Notes: generated by a model not told the origin, from the sequence alone. A stretch of 64,000 nucleotides of DNA from Candidatus Azotimanducaceae bacterium (GCA_965220235.1 CBDCPL010000001.1:70-64069); one strand, 5' to 3'; positions 16,048 through 26,206 are shown, counted from the first letter of the stretch. A program made the numbers and translations.

Positions 16048-17541
16048 TTATTGCTCCACTCGCACGCCGATCACGGCTGAATGCATCGCTCCGGTCAATT
16101 TTATCCACGAATACGCGGGCGGAGCATCACGAGATTCTCGTTGCGCCTGACTCTGCTCGCTCAATGGCTGGATGTAGTTGAGGTAGCCTGCGGTCAGCTC
16201 GCCATCGAAGTCGTCATCACCTGTCGTGGCAATGACTTCGGCGCGTTGTCGTGCCGATAGATGACCTGATCCCACGCCGCCGTTATCTACCGCCGCTTCG
16301 CAGACTGCATCCATCTCGGCAAGCAAGCCGTTGATGCCTCCGTCCGTTTGCGGAATCTTGGTGGCAGGCGAAGTGAGATAAACGAGGATGTCGTTCTGCA
16401 TCCGCTCGGCAAACCACGTGGCGTAGACAGGAATGTCGATCCAACCGTATGCGCCCGTGACACGACCTTCGCCGTAGAAGGCGCGGTTGCCCTGATAGTT
16501 GCCGAACACGTTGATGTTCTTGCGATCCAGTTCGTTCTTTTGCGCCGAGTTAATGTTGTCTGCTGCTCGCCCTTGCAGCGTCTTAAATTTGAGCGTGTAG
16601 GCACTGCCCGGAGCGTCTAGGTTGCGCGAACATATCTGCCCCGCAACACTCATGGATTTATGGTCTAGTTGATTCGACCAGGTGATCGCCGAGTAGTTGC
16701 TTCTCAGATTGGCGATTTGAGCTGCGGGGGAACTGGTCTCATTGGCGACCAGAACTTCATCCCCTGATACATCGCACAAGGCAAAGCCTTGATTGGCAGC
16801 TGCCCATGTGATCACTTCCGACTGCGTGTCCACGTCGTTCGCCCATGCGATGTCCGTCACCACACAGTAGAAGTTGGGATTGGCGGTTTGGATCGCATTC
16901 AGGGCGGAGGTAATGGACTCTGCCTCTCCTCCTCTGCGGAGCGATGCGCCTGCGGCTTCGGTCAAACCGAGTAACGTTTCTAGATCGGTGCCTGTGCCGT
17001 CTGTATCGTTGCCGAAATAGGTCGGAGTAATTGCTGGCGGAATATCGACCACGAATACGCCAAGCGCCGCATCGTAACTCACTGAAATGCCATCAAAGCC
17101 AGTCGATGAACTCGCTCGTATCTTCGTCTGTATCGCAGTCGCTTGGGCTGTGTAGGTAGCCGAAGAAGACAGGTCAATCGCGGTGAAGTCTTCACCGAGA
17201 AAATTGAACTGTCCGTCTGAAATGTCGTCTAGGTTAGCTGCGGTATCAGGCGCTCCACCCGTTAACACATGATTGGCGTTGACGTTGAGCCAACGTCCGA
17301 TGAGCAACGAGTTAGGGTAGTTGTCCTGTGCGAAGTAAGCAGCGGCAGCATTTTTAACGGATTGTGCGTAGTCATCTTCGAGATCTGACGCAGCGTCATA
17401 GCTCCGTACCTTGTTGGATCCCGAAGCATCCAGCACCTCACCATCGTTAGTGATGAGTAACGTGCTAAATTCTCTGGTTCTCGAAGTGCCTGCGCTGACC
17501 GATACATTAACGTCAACGATGGAATCAATAGGGATGCTCAA
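16048..17541 (-). CDS. Tail sheath protein (DUF3383-like)
   Basis: 497 aa; the call rests on synteny (neck, sheath, tube, chaperones, tape measure). Confidence 0.6.
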   Translation of the reverse strand: MSIPIDSIVDVNVSVSAGTSRTREFSTLLITNDGEVLDASGSNKVRSYDAASDLEDDYAQSVKNAAAAYFAQDNYPNSLLIGRWLNVNANHVLTGGAPDTAANLDDISDGQFNFLGEDFTAIDLSSSATYTAQATAIQTKIRASSSTGFDGISVSYDAALGVFVVDIPPAITPTYFGNDTDGTGTDLETLLGLTEAAGASLRRGGEAESITSALNAIQTANPNFYCVVTDIAWANDVDTQSEVITWAAANQGFALCDVSGDEVLVANETSSPAAQIANLRSNYSAITWSNQLDHKSMSVAGQICSRNLDAPGSAYTLKFKTLQGRAADNINSAQKNELDRKNINVFGNYQGNRAFYGEGRVTGAYGWIDIPVYATWFAERMQNDILVYLTSPATKIPQTDGGINGLLAEMDAVCEAAVDNGGVGSGHLSARQRAEVIATTGDDDFDGELTAGYLNYIQPLSEQSQAQRESRDAPPAYSWIKLTGAMHSAVIGVRVEQ

Positions 17542-18065
17542 AGTTGTACGACCTCCGTACCTTTGTCATGGCTAACTATGATGCGTGATGCCTCATATTC
17601 GGCGGCAGTCTCTTGATAGACGCTCGTGTAGATTATATCGCAGGAAATCACAAGTCGCTCCTCCCACTGATCCTGCACGACCTCGTCCATTTGGATCATG
17701 TCGCCGTATTGCTTGACCCGAATTCGGTAGCGATCCGCTTCAATTACGCCAGGTGAACTGCCGATCCAATTGGCGAAGATTTCGCCGTAGATGGTATCGT
17801 AATAAAAATTGAAATCATATTTGGCTTCGCGAAGTTGGTACGACTTTACTCGGTCGATCTCACCAGAGAGTCGATAGGTGATCTTCTCCTCTGGGTAACC
17901 GATCCGATTGTCGCGCACGAAATTGACCGCGCAATAGGGTGTTTGCGGACGTGGAGCGTTGTCCTCGCTCGGTATCACCAGAGAGCGATCCAATCCGCTT
18001 CCCGTTGCAGCGAATCTGCGGATGGTGCGTTCGAGGTCTCGTCTGGTCGGGATGATCTCGCCCAT
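17538..18065 (-). CDS. Neck / tail terminator-like protein
   Basis: The ATG at 18065 overlaps the upstream stop (TAATG). Its position is directly upstream of the sheath gene. Confidence 0.4.
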   Translation of the reverse strand: MGEIIPTRRDLERTIRRFAATGSGLDRSLVIPSEDNAPRPQTPYCAVNFVRDNRIGYPEEKITYRLSGEIDRVKSYQLREAKYDFNFYYDTIYGEIFANWIGSSPGVIEADRYRIRVKQYGDMIQMDEVVQDQWEERLVISCDIIYTSVYQETAAEYEASRIIVSHDKGTEVVQL

Positions 18066-18496
18066 TATTTTGCTTTCCATGTGACTGAAAGACGCATCTT
18101 CCCGGTGTCGACGAGCGGATTGCTGCTGCCCTTGCGCTCAAGCGTATAAGGAGCATTTGGTGGCTCCTTCAGATCGACTATCTCCTGCTGAATTTCACCA
18201 GCTGCAATCGCTCCGACCTGATTGGCGACCTGCTCGGTTACTACGCCGTCCGTTGCCACTAGCACCTGATCAAGATATTTCGGAATGTCCCTTTTGAGTC
18301 GCTCGTTGGCGTTGCGCATGAACGGGCGTGATGGTATTCGGCGCGTACCGAACTCGTTGTAGGCGGCGACCGCCGCAACATAGGTGCCGTCTTGGTATCG
18401 GGCAGACGAGAAGAAGCCGACTTCGAGCGATTTCACACCGCCCTGCTTACGCTTTTCAATTGCCTGTTTGAGTCGATGTCCGCCTGTGACTGGCAC
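18065..18496 (-). CDS. HK97 gp10-like head-tail joining / tail completion protein
   Basis: It has EFGTRRIPSRPFMRNA. The GTG start follows GGAGG. Confidence 0.55.
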   Translation of the reverse strand: MPVTGGHRLKQAIEKRKQGGVKSLEVGFFSSARYQDGTYVAAVAAYNEFGTRRIPSRPFMRNANERLKRDIPKYLDQVLVATDGVVTEQVANQVGAIAAGEIQQEIVDLKEPPNAPYTLERKGSSNPLVDTGKMRLSVTWKAK

Positions 18497-18510
18497 TGAC
18501 CGCCTCCAGC

Positions 18511-18516
18511 TATAAT
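18511..18516 (+). promoter_or_regulatory. TATAAT box 6 nt upstream of ATG 18523 (possible leaderless start)
   Basis: The sequence reads CAGCTATAATGATTTAATG. There is no SD. Confidence 0.35.
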
Positions 18517-18522
18517 GATTTA

Positions 18523-18852
18523 ATGCGATCCATTGCCGCTCCCGATAATGATATTCAGTTCGCCACAGTCACGGGCATACAGGAAGTGCGGCAACGGATC
18601 CAAGAACGTTTGCGCTATTGGCGGGGTGAGTGGTTTTTGAACTCTGCCGAAGGTCTGCCCTATCTTACGGATTTATTGGGATCCCGATTGGATGAAGGCT
18701 TGGTACACACAGTTATTCGCGAACAAGTACTCGATGTGGCGGACGTGACAGGCGTGAGCAATATCGAGATCACCGAGTCCAATCGAGTCTTTACGATCTC
18801 GCTGGATGTTGCGACGATATTCGGCTCGGTGAATCTATCGCAAACGCTCTAA
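18523..18852 (+). CDS. Baseplate wedge-like protein (gp25/W- or DUF2634-like). This is the only plus-strand gene inside the tail module.
   Basis: VRQRIQERLRYWRGEWFLNSAEGLPY resembles the conserved N-terminal motif of small baseplate wedge proteins. No minus-strand ORF covers this interval. Confidence 0.4.
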   Translation: MRSIAAPDNDIQFATVTGIQEVRQRIQERLRYWRGEWFLNSAEGLPYLTDLLGSRLDEGLVHTVIREQVLDVADVTGVSNIEITESNRVFTISLDVATIFGSVNLSQTL

Positions 18853-19577
18853 GGTCTCGGCGGGCCAGAAACGGCAGCGCCAGAGGACACGCCGGTATGG
18901 ACGTGCGTTTTGAGGCGAACTGTACCTGCGCGGACATCGGTGTTAGCGTCGACTGTACCAGTCACATCCACATCACCCCGAACATCGACACCCGCCTGAG
19001 CATTGACCTGACCTTGCGAGGTCACCGTTCCAGTCACGGTCAGATTACCTTCCAGTGTGATCTCGGGGGCTTTCACTTTGGCGGTCGTTGCGCCTTCGAC
19101 CTCGACATGATTCGGGGTCTTGACAATGATCGTATCGCTGCTTATTCGCACGTGCGTGCGCCCGCCAATATCCTGCAAGACTAACTCGTCTGTGGCGGGC
19201 AGGGAGACATCGGCAGTCGACCCGAAGCCAGGTATGGCTACTGCGTCTTTTAGGCTCATCATCCCGAACGGATCGGGATCGGATTCGGCAAGCGATTCCT
19301 TGAACTCGGTCAGTCCGCGTTGCGAGAATACGAGCATCACCGTATCACCTGCTGTTATCGGTGTGTGCAGGATGTAGCCACCCGCCTGCGGATGAAGTAC
19401 CGGCACGTCGAGAATGATCGGTTTGCTTTCGCGCGTTTGATCTGTCAGGATCGTCCGCAAAGCAGGCAGGACTTGTGCTCTACGGGTCGCCGCGTCATAC
19501 GACTGCACAATCGCAGGTAGAGATATATTGATGTCCTTGAGCCGTTGATTGAAATAAAAGTCAATGGCTGAGACCAA
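18849..19577 (-). CDS. Baseplate central spike (Gp138-N / gpV-like) with a beta-helix and an HxH apex
   Basis: LPAIVQSYDAATRRAQVLP...VPVLHPQAGGY...AGDTVMLVFSQRGL is followed by repetitive VxGxV strands and KTHVHTG. Confidence 0.65.
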   Translation of the reverse strand: MVSAIDFYFNQRLKDINISLPAIVQSYDAATRRAQVLPALRTILTDQTRESKPIILDVPVLHPQAGGYILHTPITAGDTVMLVFSQRGLTEFKESLAESDPDPFGMMSLKDAVAIPGFGSTADVSLPATDELVLQDIGGRTHVRISSDTIIVKTPNHVEVEGATTAKVKAPEITLEGNLTVTGTVTSQGQVNAQAGVDVRGDVDVTGTVDANTDVRAGTVRLKTHVHTGVSSGAAVSGPPRP

Positions 19578-19605
19578 CTGGTCGTAGCCGACATCTTCGT
19601 TTTTG

Positions 19606-20400
19606 TTAGACAGGATTCGCCACCATCTCGGTTGAGAATGTGCCGTCCCAATTGGATCCAGTGTGCTGGAGAGAGACGACCTTGAATTGCCCGTTGGTGA
19701 ATTCGGATCGCAGGTCGATGACTGTACCGACCCTTAAGGTCGGATTGAGCAACGATTTGATCCGCACGCCCTCGTCCGTCACGGCAGGCGATTCCAGCAT
19801 GCCGTTATCTACTGACAATTTCACTGCGTTCGCTACGGCACTCTTTTTGCGTGGGAGGTTAAATTGCACTACGCCGTCTGCGTCTTGATGCCATCTGACC
19901 CTTGATGTACCGAGCAGGTTGAGCAACGCTACGTGCGATGTACCGTTCCAGCTCCAGTCCTTGACGGTCAGATCGGCAGGTATGTCATCTAACGGGCCGT
20001 GCGTCAACTGCATGTCCTGCGTGATGATCGTGCTAACGATGTCACGCACATCGTTGACTCCTTCGTAACTGCTATTCGTCGCTCCGCCTAATCGCTCGAT
20101 GGCAAGAGCGGAACTGGTTAAGTGCAATTTGACAACCCGGTGCAGTTGTTGTCTTAGTTTCTCTATTCGCTGGACGGTGCCGCTGAATATCTGGCTGATC
20201 GTGTCCTCGTAGCCAGCAGAGATCGTGATGTTGCCATCCGCCTCGTCGAGTTGGCGTTCGGTGTCTTTGCTGAGATTGAATATGGAGACCGTGCCGAGCG
20301 TGGCTGTGCCGACTTCGTACTTGAGTTCGAGGTCTATCTTAGGTTCGGTGATTCGGATCCCCGCATACTCGATCTCGACCTTGCGGCTCCAAAAGGTCAT
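19606..20400 (-). CDS. Baseplate hub-type protein (gpD/XkdQ-like)
   Basis: It has VEIEYAGIRIT...VSIFNLSKDT...ISAGYEDTISQIFSGTV and lies between the spike and baseplate J genes. Confidence 0.4.
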   Translation of the reverse strand: MTFWSRKVEIEYAGIRITEPKIDLELKYEVGTATLGTVSIFNLSKDTERQLDEADGNITISAGYEDTISQIFSGTVQRIEKLRQQLHRVVKLHLTSSALAIERLGGATNSSYEGVNDVRDIVSTIITQDMQLTHGPLDDIPADLTVKDWSWNGTSHVALLNLLGTSRVRWHQDADGVVQFNLPRKKSAVANAVKLSVDNGMLESPAVTDEGVRIKSLLNPTLRVGTVIDLRSEFTNGQFKVVSLQHTGSNWDGTFSTEMVANPV

Positions 20401-20702
20401 AGCATCTCATGGACGAGATGGTGCGTTGTTCCCCATGCCTCAAGTAACGGATCTTCGAGGATGTTATCGCTTGCGGCTCGGCAATAAAGCGCTCCGATCA
20501 GTCGGTTGTCGCGCGTGTGCTTTGTCAAATTAGCGTCGAGCGTAATCCGCCTGCCTCGTACCACTGGATCGCCGTTGTAATCAACATCAATGTGCCAATC
20601 GTTCGAGAGCGGATGCCAATAAACGACCACGCTTACGCGCAGACCGAATACCACGATGTTGGCTTCTTGCCGAGTCGCCGAAGTGAGCGGAATGATGGTC
20701 AA
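20397..20702 (-). CDS. hypothetical baseplate-module protein
   Basis: 101-aa ORF coupled on both sides. Confidence 0.5.
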   Translation of the reverse strand: MTIIPLTSATRQEANIVVFGLRVSVVVYWHPLSNDWHIDVDYNGDPVVRGRRITLDANLTKHTRDNRLIGALYCRAASDNILEDPLLEAWGTTHHLVHEML

Positions 20703-21838
20703 TTGGTCGATACCTCGATGTTAGCTGCGGTCAGCGTGTAGAGCCGCTGGACTGGTGTAGCGGTCGGCAAAGCGGTATCTGAGGTATCGGTAACCGTGAT
20801 CGCCGTGAGCGTCACGCCCTGAATCGAGTAAACAGGAACTCGCATCTGCTCCAGATCAACCGATGTACCGATGTCAAAATGGGAGTTGGCGTGGCGTACC
20901 AGTGCTGCCTTGATCAAATTCACGCCGTTATTGGGGAATGATCCGCTCGCGTCAATCGTAACAGCGACTTTGATGCCGACTTCGACCACGCGCTCGAAGT
21001 TGATTGTCCGTCCGTCTGCCGTACCACTGCTTGAGCCAAATGTGGGTGCGCCGAGCGTCTTGTTGTCGGCGATGGCTTTCGCCACTTGATCGTCCAGTCC
21101 GCCCTCGACAATCGCAACGATGGAGTAGGCAGGTATGTTCGCCAAGCCAGTCATGGAGACTGCTGATGCGGTGTCGTTTTCGATCACCTTTGATCTTGCC
21201 ACGCCGATCTTAGTAAGTGCCGACTGGATCGCAGGGATGGTGCCAGTACTGTTTTGCGAGACTTGATTTTGCCCGCGTGTACGCAGTTCACTGTCGGTCT
21301 CGGATTCAATACCTTCTACGCCTGCGAGCGCGTTGGTGACTGTCTCCCATCCGGGTATGACATTGACGATCTGCGTGAGTGAAGCACGCGGGATCGGTAC
21401 TGCGCCTCGCTTGACCGAAGCAAATACGCCATCCACCGAAAGCGTCTGCGGAATGAGGACATCACGGCGCAGGGCGAATATATCACCAGCCGTAGTCCTC
21501 GCTCTCGTTCCTGCTGGTATGCGAGTCCCCGCCACGCCAGTCATAGTCGCCGTAACTGTCGATACGGTGGATAGCTTCCGCTCTACATTCGCCAGCGAAA
21601 ACAGGTCGTCCAGTTGTGCGCCCGCTGCCGTATCTACACCGAAGGCATTGACTAGTTGCACCAAGCCCTCATCAATCTCCGCAAATGTCTCGGCAAATAT
21701 GCCAATGATCTGCCCCTGAGGAGTCTCGGAGTCGGTGGCTAAATCTTCGCCAAAGGATTCAACGAACCGCGCCTGTAAAGCGGCAAAGTGCTGGCTAAGG
21801 TCGAGTGTCGTAATGCCTGTGGAGTCGAGAGTTGCCAT
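20699..21838 (-). CDS. Baseplate J-like protein
   Basis: 379 aa. The pattern FVESFGEDLATDSETPQGQIIGIFAETFAEIDEGL...ESETDSELRTR is typical of the gpJ/gp47 family. Confidence 0.7.
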   Translation of the reverse strand: MATLDSTGITTLDLSQHFAALQARFVESFGEDLATDSETPQGQIIGIFAETFAEIDEGLVQLVNAFGVDTAAGAQLDDLFSLANVERKLSTVSTVTATMTGVAGTRIPAGTRARTTAGDIFALRRDVLIPQTLSVDGVFASVKRGAVPIPRASLTQIVNVIPGWETVTNALAGVEGIESETDSELRTRGQNQVSQNSTGTIPAIQSALTKIGVARSKVIENDTASAVSMTGLANIPAYSIVAIVEGGLDDQVAKAIADNKTLGAPTFGSSSGTADGRTINFERVVEVGIKVAVTIDASGSFPNNGVNLIKAALVRHANSHFDIGTSVDLEQMRVPVYSIQGVTLTAITVTDTSDTALPTATPVQRLYTLTAANIEVSTN

Positions 21839-24800
21839 TTATTCCACAATCGTCCATTTGATTTGCATAGACCTTAAGCCGTTTCGGTACGCTATTCCGC
21901 TTGTGCCTACGACCGGCGGACCCGAATTACCTTGTGCTTTTAATGCTGATATGGTTATTTCTGTGAAAACACCGTTACTACGTGAGGCGGCAAAAGGTCC
22001 AATCACAATTCCGGGTGGATTACCGGTATCGAAATCACTATCGTAGACGACATTGTTGTATCTACTTGGATTAGAGATATTAAAGTAGCTATAGTTATTT
22101 CCCCTCGCTGCGTCATTCCAATCTGCTAGCGAGAGAGACCATTCGCCATCTACGGGTGGAGTGACTGAATCGATATTCGACCACGTACCTGTCCCCTTGC
22201 TATTAACCGCAGCTACCCGAAAATCGTAACTCGTCTCGGCTAGAAGAAGATATATTGTGGTAGAAGTGGCACTTGCAGAATTGATTGTGTTTTGTCGCGC
22301 TGAGCTGAAAGCTTGCGCACCCGATTTCCACTGAACGATAAAGCCGGTGATAGGTAGACCACCAGAGTTAGGGATGCTCCAAGATAACTCGGCACTTCCT
22401 TGACCGTTAGGACTCATCGCAGAGAAATTATTGGGGCGTTCTGGTGCTGTCGTGGGGACGGTTACGCTGCTCGTATCTGAGTAATTCCCGTTGCCAATTC
22501 CATTCACCGCTCTGACCCGCACATAGTAGGTCTCGCCCTTGTCCAATCCTGTGAAGGTATGCGAAGTCGAGGAGGATGTTGCGGTTGTCACGCCACTACT
22601 GAAATCGGAACTGGTAGATAGGTCGATGGAATAGCCAGTGATAGCAGAGCCGTTAGCGTTCGGTGCAGTCCACGAAGAAGCAATCTGCGTGCCTGTGGCG
22701 GAGAGCGTTAATCCGCCTGTCTTGTCTGGACGAAGAGCCGCAATCGCTGCCGAGTCTCTATCAGACCAATTGCCGTTGCCGATGTCATTGACCGCTCTCA
22801 CTCGCCCGTAATAAGTCGTTCCGCGTGTTAGGTTAGTAAACCTTGCCGTTCGCCCGCTCGTGATGTTCCGCGTTTGCAGTCCTGCGGTGAATCCTGTATT
22901 GGTCGCCAACTGAACTTCGTAACGAATGATGGCGGAGCCGTTGTTCGCTGGCTCTGACCATGCGTAGTCGATCCGTGTACCTGTGGTGGTCATATCGAGA
23001 CCGACCACTTGGCTTGGTGCAAGGGCAGCGATTGAACCCGATTCTGCGTCCGACCAATCAGCCGTGCCTGCGCCGTTAGTCGCTCGCACCCGCACATAGT
23101 AAGTCACGCCCCGTGTCAAGCCAGACCACTGATAAGTGAGAGTTGAAGCGTTGGTCGAAGCCGTCTGTCTACCCCGTGTAAAGCCGCTATTCGTGGCGAG
23201 TTCCAAAGCGTAGCCAGTGATCGCAGAGCCGTTATCGCTCGGCGCTGTCCATGTTCCTGTGAGCGCTGTACCTGCCACCGCCACCCCGAGCGTGGTGATA
23301 ACACTCGGTCGAACTGCGCCTATCTCTGCGTTGCTCGTGTCGGAGTAATTGCCGTTGCCGATGTCATTGACCGCCCTGACCCGCACATAGTAGGTCGTGC
23401 CACGCGTAAGATTGGTGAACGTATGCGAGCGAGAACTAACACTCGCATTTTGCACGCCTGCGGTAAAGCCCGTGTTGGTCGCCAACTGAACTTCGTAGCG
23501 AATGATGGCGGAGCCGTTGGCATTCGGTTCATTCCATTCGGCTTCCAGTGAAGTGCCGTCCGCTGTAAGCGAAAGTCCGCCTACTTTGGCGGGAGCGAGT
23601 GCCGCAATCATGACCGTTCTGGTAGCCGACCACGCTCCTTCGCCTTCACCATTCGCTGCTCGGACTCGGAAATAAATCGTTCGCCCTCGCGGTTGATCGA
23701 CAAAGGTAGCGGTGGTCGTACCGGCTGAAATAGTCGAACTCACCAAGCCAGACGAAAAAGCCGCATTCAACGCTCGCTGGACATCGTAATGCGTGATAGC
23801 ACTGCCTCTGGCGGCGGGTGCAGTCCAAGACAGTTCTGCGGTTTGCGCGGGGGCACTGGCGGAGAAGGTCGTTATCTGTGCTGGAACGAGCGCCCCGACC
23901 TGAATACTGGAAGCGTCCGACCATGCACCTGTGCCTGCGGAGTTGATCGCAGCGACCCGAACATAGTAGGTCGTCCCGCGAGTTAGATTGGTAAAGGTGT
24001 GAGTGAGGTTGTTGCTTGAAGCAGTCGTCACGCCAGATGAGAAATCGGACTGTGCGCTGAGTTGAAGTGAATAACCGGTAATGGGGGCGCCGTTCTCCGC
24101 AGGCTCCGTCCATGTGCTTACGATCTGCGTACCGGTGGTCGTTAGATCGGGTGCATCGGGTGCCGAAGGTTCGACCGCTGGAATGGTCGTGCTGGCGGTG
24201 TCGCTGTATTGCCCGCTCCCGATACCGTTGTGCGCGCGTATGCGGAAGTAGTAAGTCTCGCCATACGCCAAGCCCTCAAAGGTATGCGAAGTGGCGTTGG
24301 CAGCGGCGGTAATGATCTCTTGCGGGTTGGCAAAATCAGGGTCGCCATCATCGTCTTCAATCGCTCGTTCCAAGCGAAACAAGGTGAGCGCAGAGCCATT
24401 GTCGTTCGGTGCAGTCCACATCACTTCGATGTCCCGTCCCGTCCTGCGTAGCGTTGGCTGATTCGTTTTCGATGGCACGTCCGCAGGGCTTAGCGATGCC
24501 TCATTGCTTCTCGGACTTTCTCCTACCGCATTGACCGCCGTGACTACGATGTCATACTCCACCCCTGTCGTGAGCGTGATTAAAGAGTCGGTGTTCTGCG
24601 TGAAGGTTCGGCGGCTGTTATCGTAGTCCTGATTGCCTGACTTGTAATAGATACGATAGCCAGTGATAGACGACCCGCCGTTATCGCTCGCCCGTACCGG
24701 ATTAAATCGGACTCGGATGGACGCTCCCGATCTCGTGAGCGTCAGACTCGTAGGAGCGACAATTGGAGCGACTGCCACAATCGCTTGGCTTAGCGTGTTC

Positions 24801-25825
24801 GACCACTCGCCTCGCCCCTCGCTGTTGACTGCATTGACTCGCCAGTAGTAAGTTCGACCGGGCGTTAAATTGCCCGTCTGAAATTGAAGAGTTGAAGCCG
24901 ACAAATCATGTGTATTTACGTCTCGCGTGAACGCAGCGTTGGTCGCTTGCTGTATGCGGTAGCCCGTGATGGTAGCCCCGCCATCGTTCGGAGCAGACCA
25001 AGACACTCGATACTGAATACCACGAACAATTTGACCGGTGATGGCAGGTGCGTCAGGCGGGTCGATAACTCCGCTAATCGCAGTCCATTCGGAAGCGTCA
25101 AAAGCACCACTTCCGGCAGAATTACGAAAATACAACTTGCGGTTGAATTGCACTATCGCATATTGCTGGTACGGTATCTCCGAGTCGAATTCCAGCACGC
25201 CCCGCGATAAGACTTCATGTTGCAGCGAAGTGATCTCGCAGAACAATTGATTGAGGATCGTGCGTCTAGGAGTCGGACCCGCGGCGTCAGAATAGGAACT
25301 CGGATAACCTACGTTACGCGTGAGGCGAGTCGATGCCACCAGTGCTTCGTCATTAGGTAGATTACGCTCGCCATCAATCGCCCAGGGTCTGATCCGATTG
25401 ATCGCCAGTTGCGCCAGCGAATCAGTCTCGACCGTACCTGTTACTGCGTCTTCAAAGATCTCCCAAGTGCCGCTATGACTTGTGGGTCTCACTGTGGAGC
25501 CAGGCCCGTTAGCGACTCTGGCTCGATAAATCGTCCCTGCGGAATTGACCAGTGCGCCGGGCAAATAATCCACCGAGTTTACGTACTCAGGAATGCCGAT
25601 GGTATTGACCTCGACTACACCGCTGGATAGCCAATAGAACAGACGATTCCAGACTGTGCGCATGAGATCGGTCGTACCGCCTGCGTGATCGCTCGTCCAT
25701 CCGTTCGCTTGCACGGGTTGAGCGAAGTTAGCGGCGGCTACATCGTCCGTATCGTTCGCTACGGTGCTTGCCCAGATGTCCGATGCAACGGTTTGGAGGC
25801 GTTTAGCCTCTGTTTGTCTCGGCAT
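21839..25825 (-). CDS. Tail fibre protein with about ten tandem fibronectin type III domains
   Basis: 1328 aa with ~95-aa repeats of the pattern W(T/S)xPxxNGSAITGY...TxLTRGTTYYVRVRAVN. The N-terminus carries two copies of a fibre-anchor-like segment. Confidence 0.8.
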   Translation of the reverse strand: MPRQTEAKRLQTVASDIWASTVANDTDDVAAANFAQPVQANGWTSDHAGGTTDLMRTVWNRLFYWLSSGVVEVNTIGIPEYVNSVDYLPGALVNSAGTIYRARVANGPGSTVRPTSHSGTWEIFEDAVTGTVETDSLAQLAINRIRPWAIDGERNLPNDEALVASTRLTRNVGYPSSYSDAAGPTPRRTILNQLFCEITSLQHEVLSRGVLEFDSEIPYQQYAIVQFNRKLYFRNSAGSGAFDASEWTAISGVIDPPDAPAITGQIVRGIQYRVSWSAPNDGGATITGYRIQQATNAAFTRDVNTHDLSASTLQFQTGNLTPGRTYYWRVNAVNSEGRGEWSNTLSQAIVAVAPIVAPTSLTLTRSGASIRVRFNPVRASDNGGSSITGYRIYYKSGNQDYDNSRRTFTQNTDSLITLTTGVEYDIVVTAVNAVGESPRSNEASLSPADVPSKTNQPTLRRTGRDIEVMWTAPNDNGSALTLFRLERAIEDDDGDPDFANPQEIITAAANATSHTFEGLAYGETYYFRIRAHNGIGSGQYSDTASTTIPAVEPSAPDAPDLTTTGTQIVSTWTEPAENGAPITGYSLQLSAQSDFSSGVTTASSNNLTHTFTNLTRGTTYYVRVAAINSAGTGAWSDASSIQVGALVPAQITTFSASAPAQTAELSWTAPAARGSAITHYDVQRALNAAFSSGLVSSTISAGTTTATFVDQPRGRTIYFRVRAANGEGEGAWSATRTVMIAALAPAKVGGLSLTADGTSLEAEWNEPNANGSAIIRYEVQLATNTGFTAGVQNASVSSRSHTFTNLTRGTTYYVRVRAVNDIGNGNYSDTSNAEIGAVRPSVITTLGVAVAGTALTGTWTAPSDNGSAITGYALELATNSGFTRGRQTASTNASTLTYQWSGLTRGVTYYVRVRATNGAGTADWSDAESGSIAALAPSQVVGLDMTTTGTRIDYAWSEPANNGSAIIRYEVQLATNTGFTAGLQTRNITSGRTARFTNLTRGTTYYGRVRAVNDIGNGNWSDRDSAAIAALRPDKTGGLTLSATGTQIASSWTAPNANGSAITGYSIDLSTSSDFSSGVTTATSSSTSHTFTGLDKGETYYVRVRAVNGIGNGNYSDTSSVTVPTTAPERPNNFSAMSPNGQGSAELSWSIPNSGGLPITGFIVQWKSGAQAFSSARQNTINSASATSTTIYLLLAETSYDFRVAAVNSKGTGTWSNIDSVTPPVDGEWSLSLADWNDAARGNNYSYFNISNPSRYNNVVYDSDFDTGNPPGIVIGPFAASRSNGVFTEITISALKAQGNSGPPVVGTSGIAYRNGLRSMQIKWTIVE

Positions 25826-26206
25826 CTAGTACAGCTTCCATTTCGCTTCGCGCGTATCGGCGGTGGGATTGATCGCATCGGCGGTGCTTGGCCCAGAATC
25901 TTCCACGCTGATGTACACCCTGCCGTCCGATCCTTTGACAAACGCGGGATCCACATAGTCGATCTCCGCCGACCAAAACATCGGCAAGCCGATACGGTTC
26001 ATGAGATTGAAAAACGCGGTCATTTCATAGACCAATTCGTTGAATATAGTGTAGTCAGGACGCTTTCCGCCCACCTGACTGAACGACTGATCGAGTCCCT
26101 CTTCGCGGGAGTTGACGGCGTTAGCGAAATTAGCTGCGTCTGGCAAGGTTCTCTCGCCATCTTTTGCCCATTCTGGTATGGTCAAAACCTGCGAAAAACG
26201 TGCCAT
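25826..26206 (-). CDS. Tail fibre-related protein, paralogous to N-terminal segments of the FN3 fibre
   Basis: PEWAKDGERTLPD...IFNELVYEMTAFFNLMNRIGLP aligns with RPWAIDGERNLPN...ILNQLFCEITSLQHEVLSRGVLE in 21839..25825. Confidence 0.55.
   Translation of the reverse strand: MARFSQVLTIPEWAKDGERTLPDAANFANAVNSREEGLDQSFSQVGGKRPDYTIFNELVYEMTAFFNLMNRIGLPMFWSAEIDYVDPAFVKGSDGRVYISVEDSGPSTADAINPTADTREAKWKLY

Noticed and set aside
22830-23530. Near-identical FN3 segments as a diversity-generating retroelement VR/TR pair
   Set aside because: There is no reverse transcriptase gene in the window. The similar segments are two in-frame domains of one array, and the differences I could see are not restricted to adenine positions. 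I could not do a full base-by-base tally.
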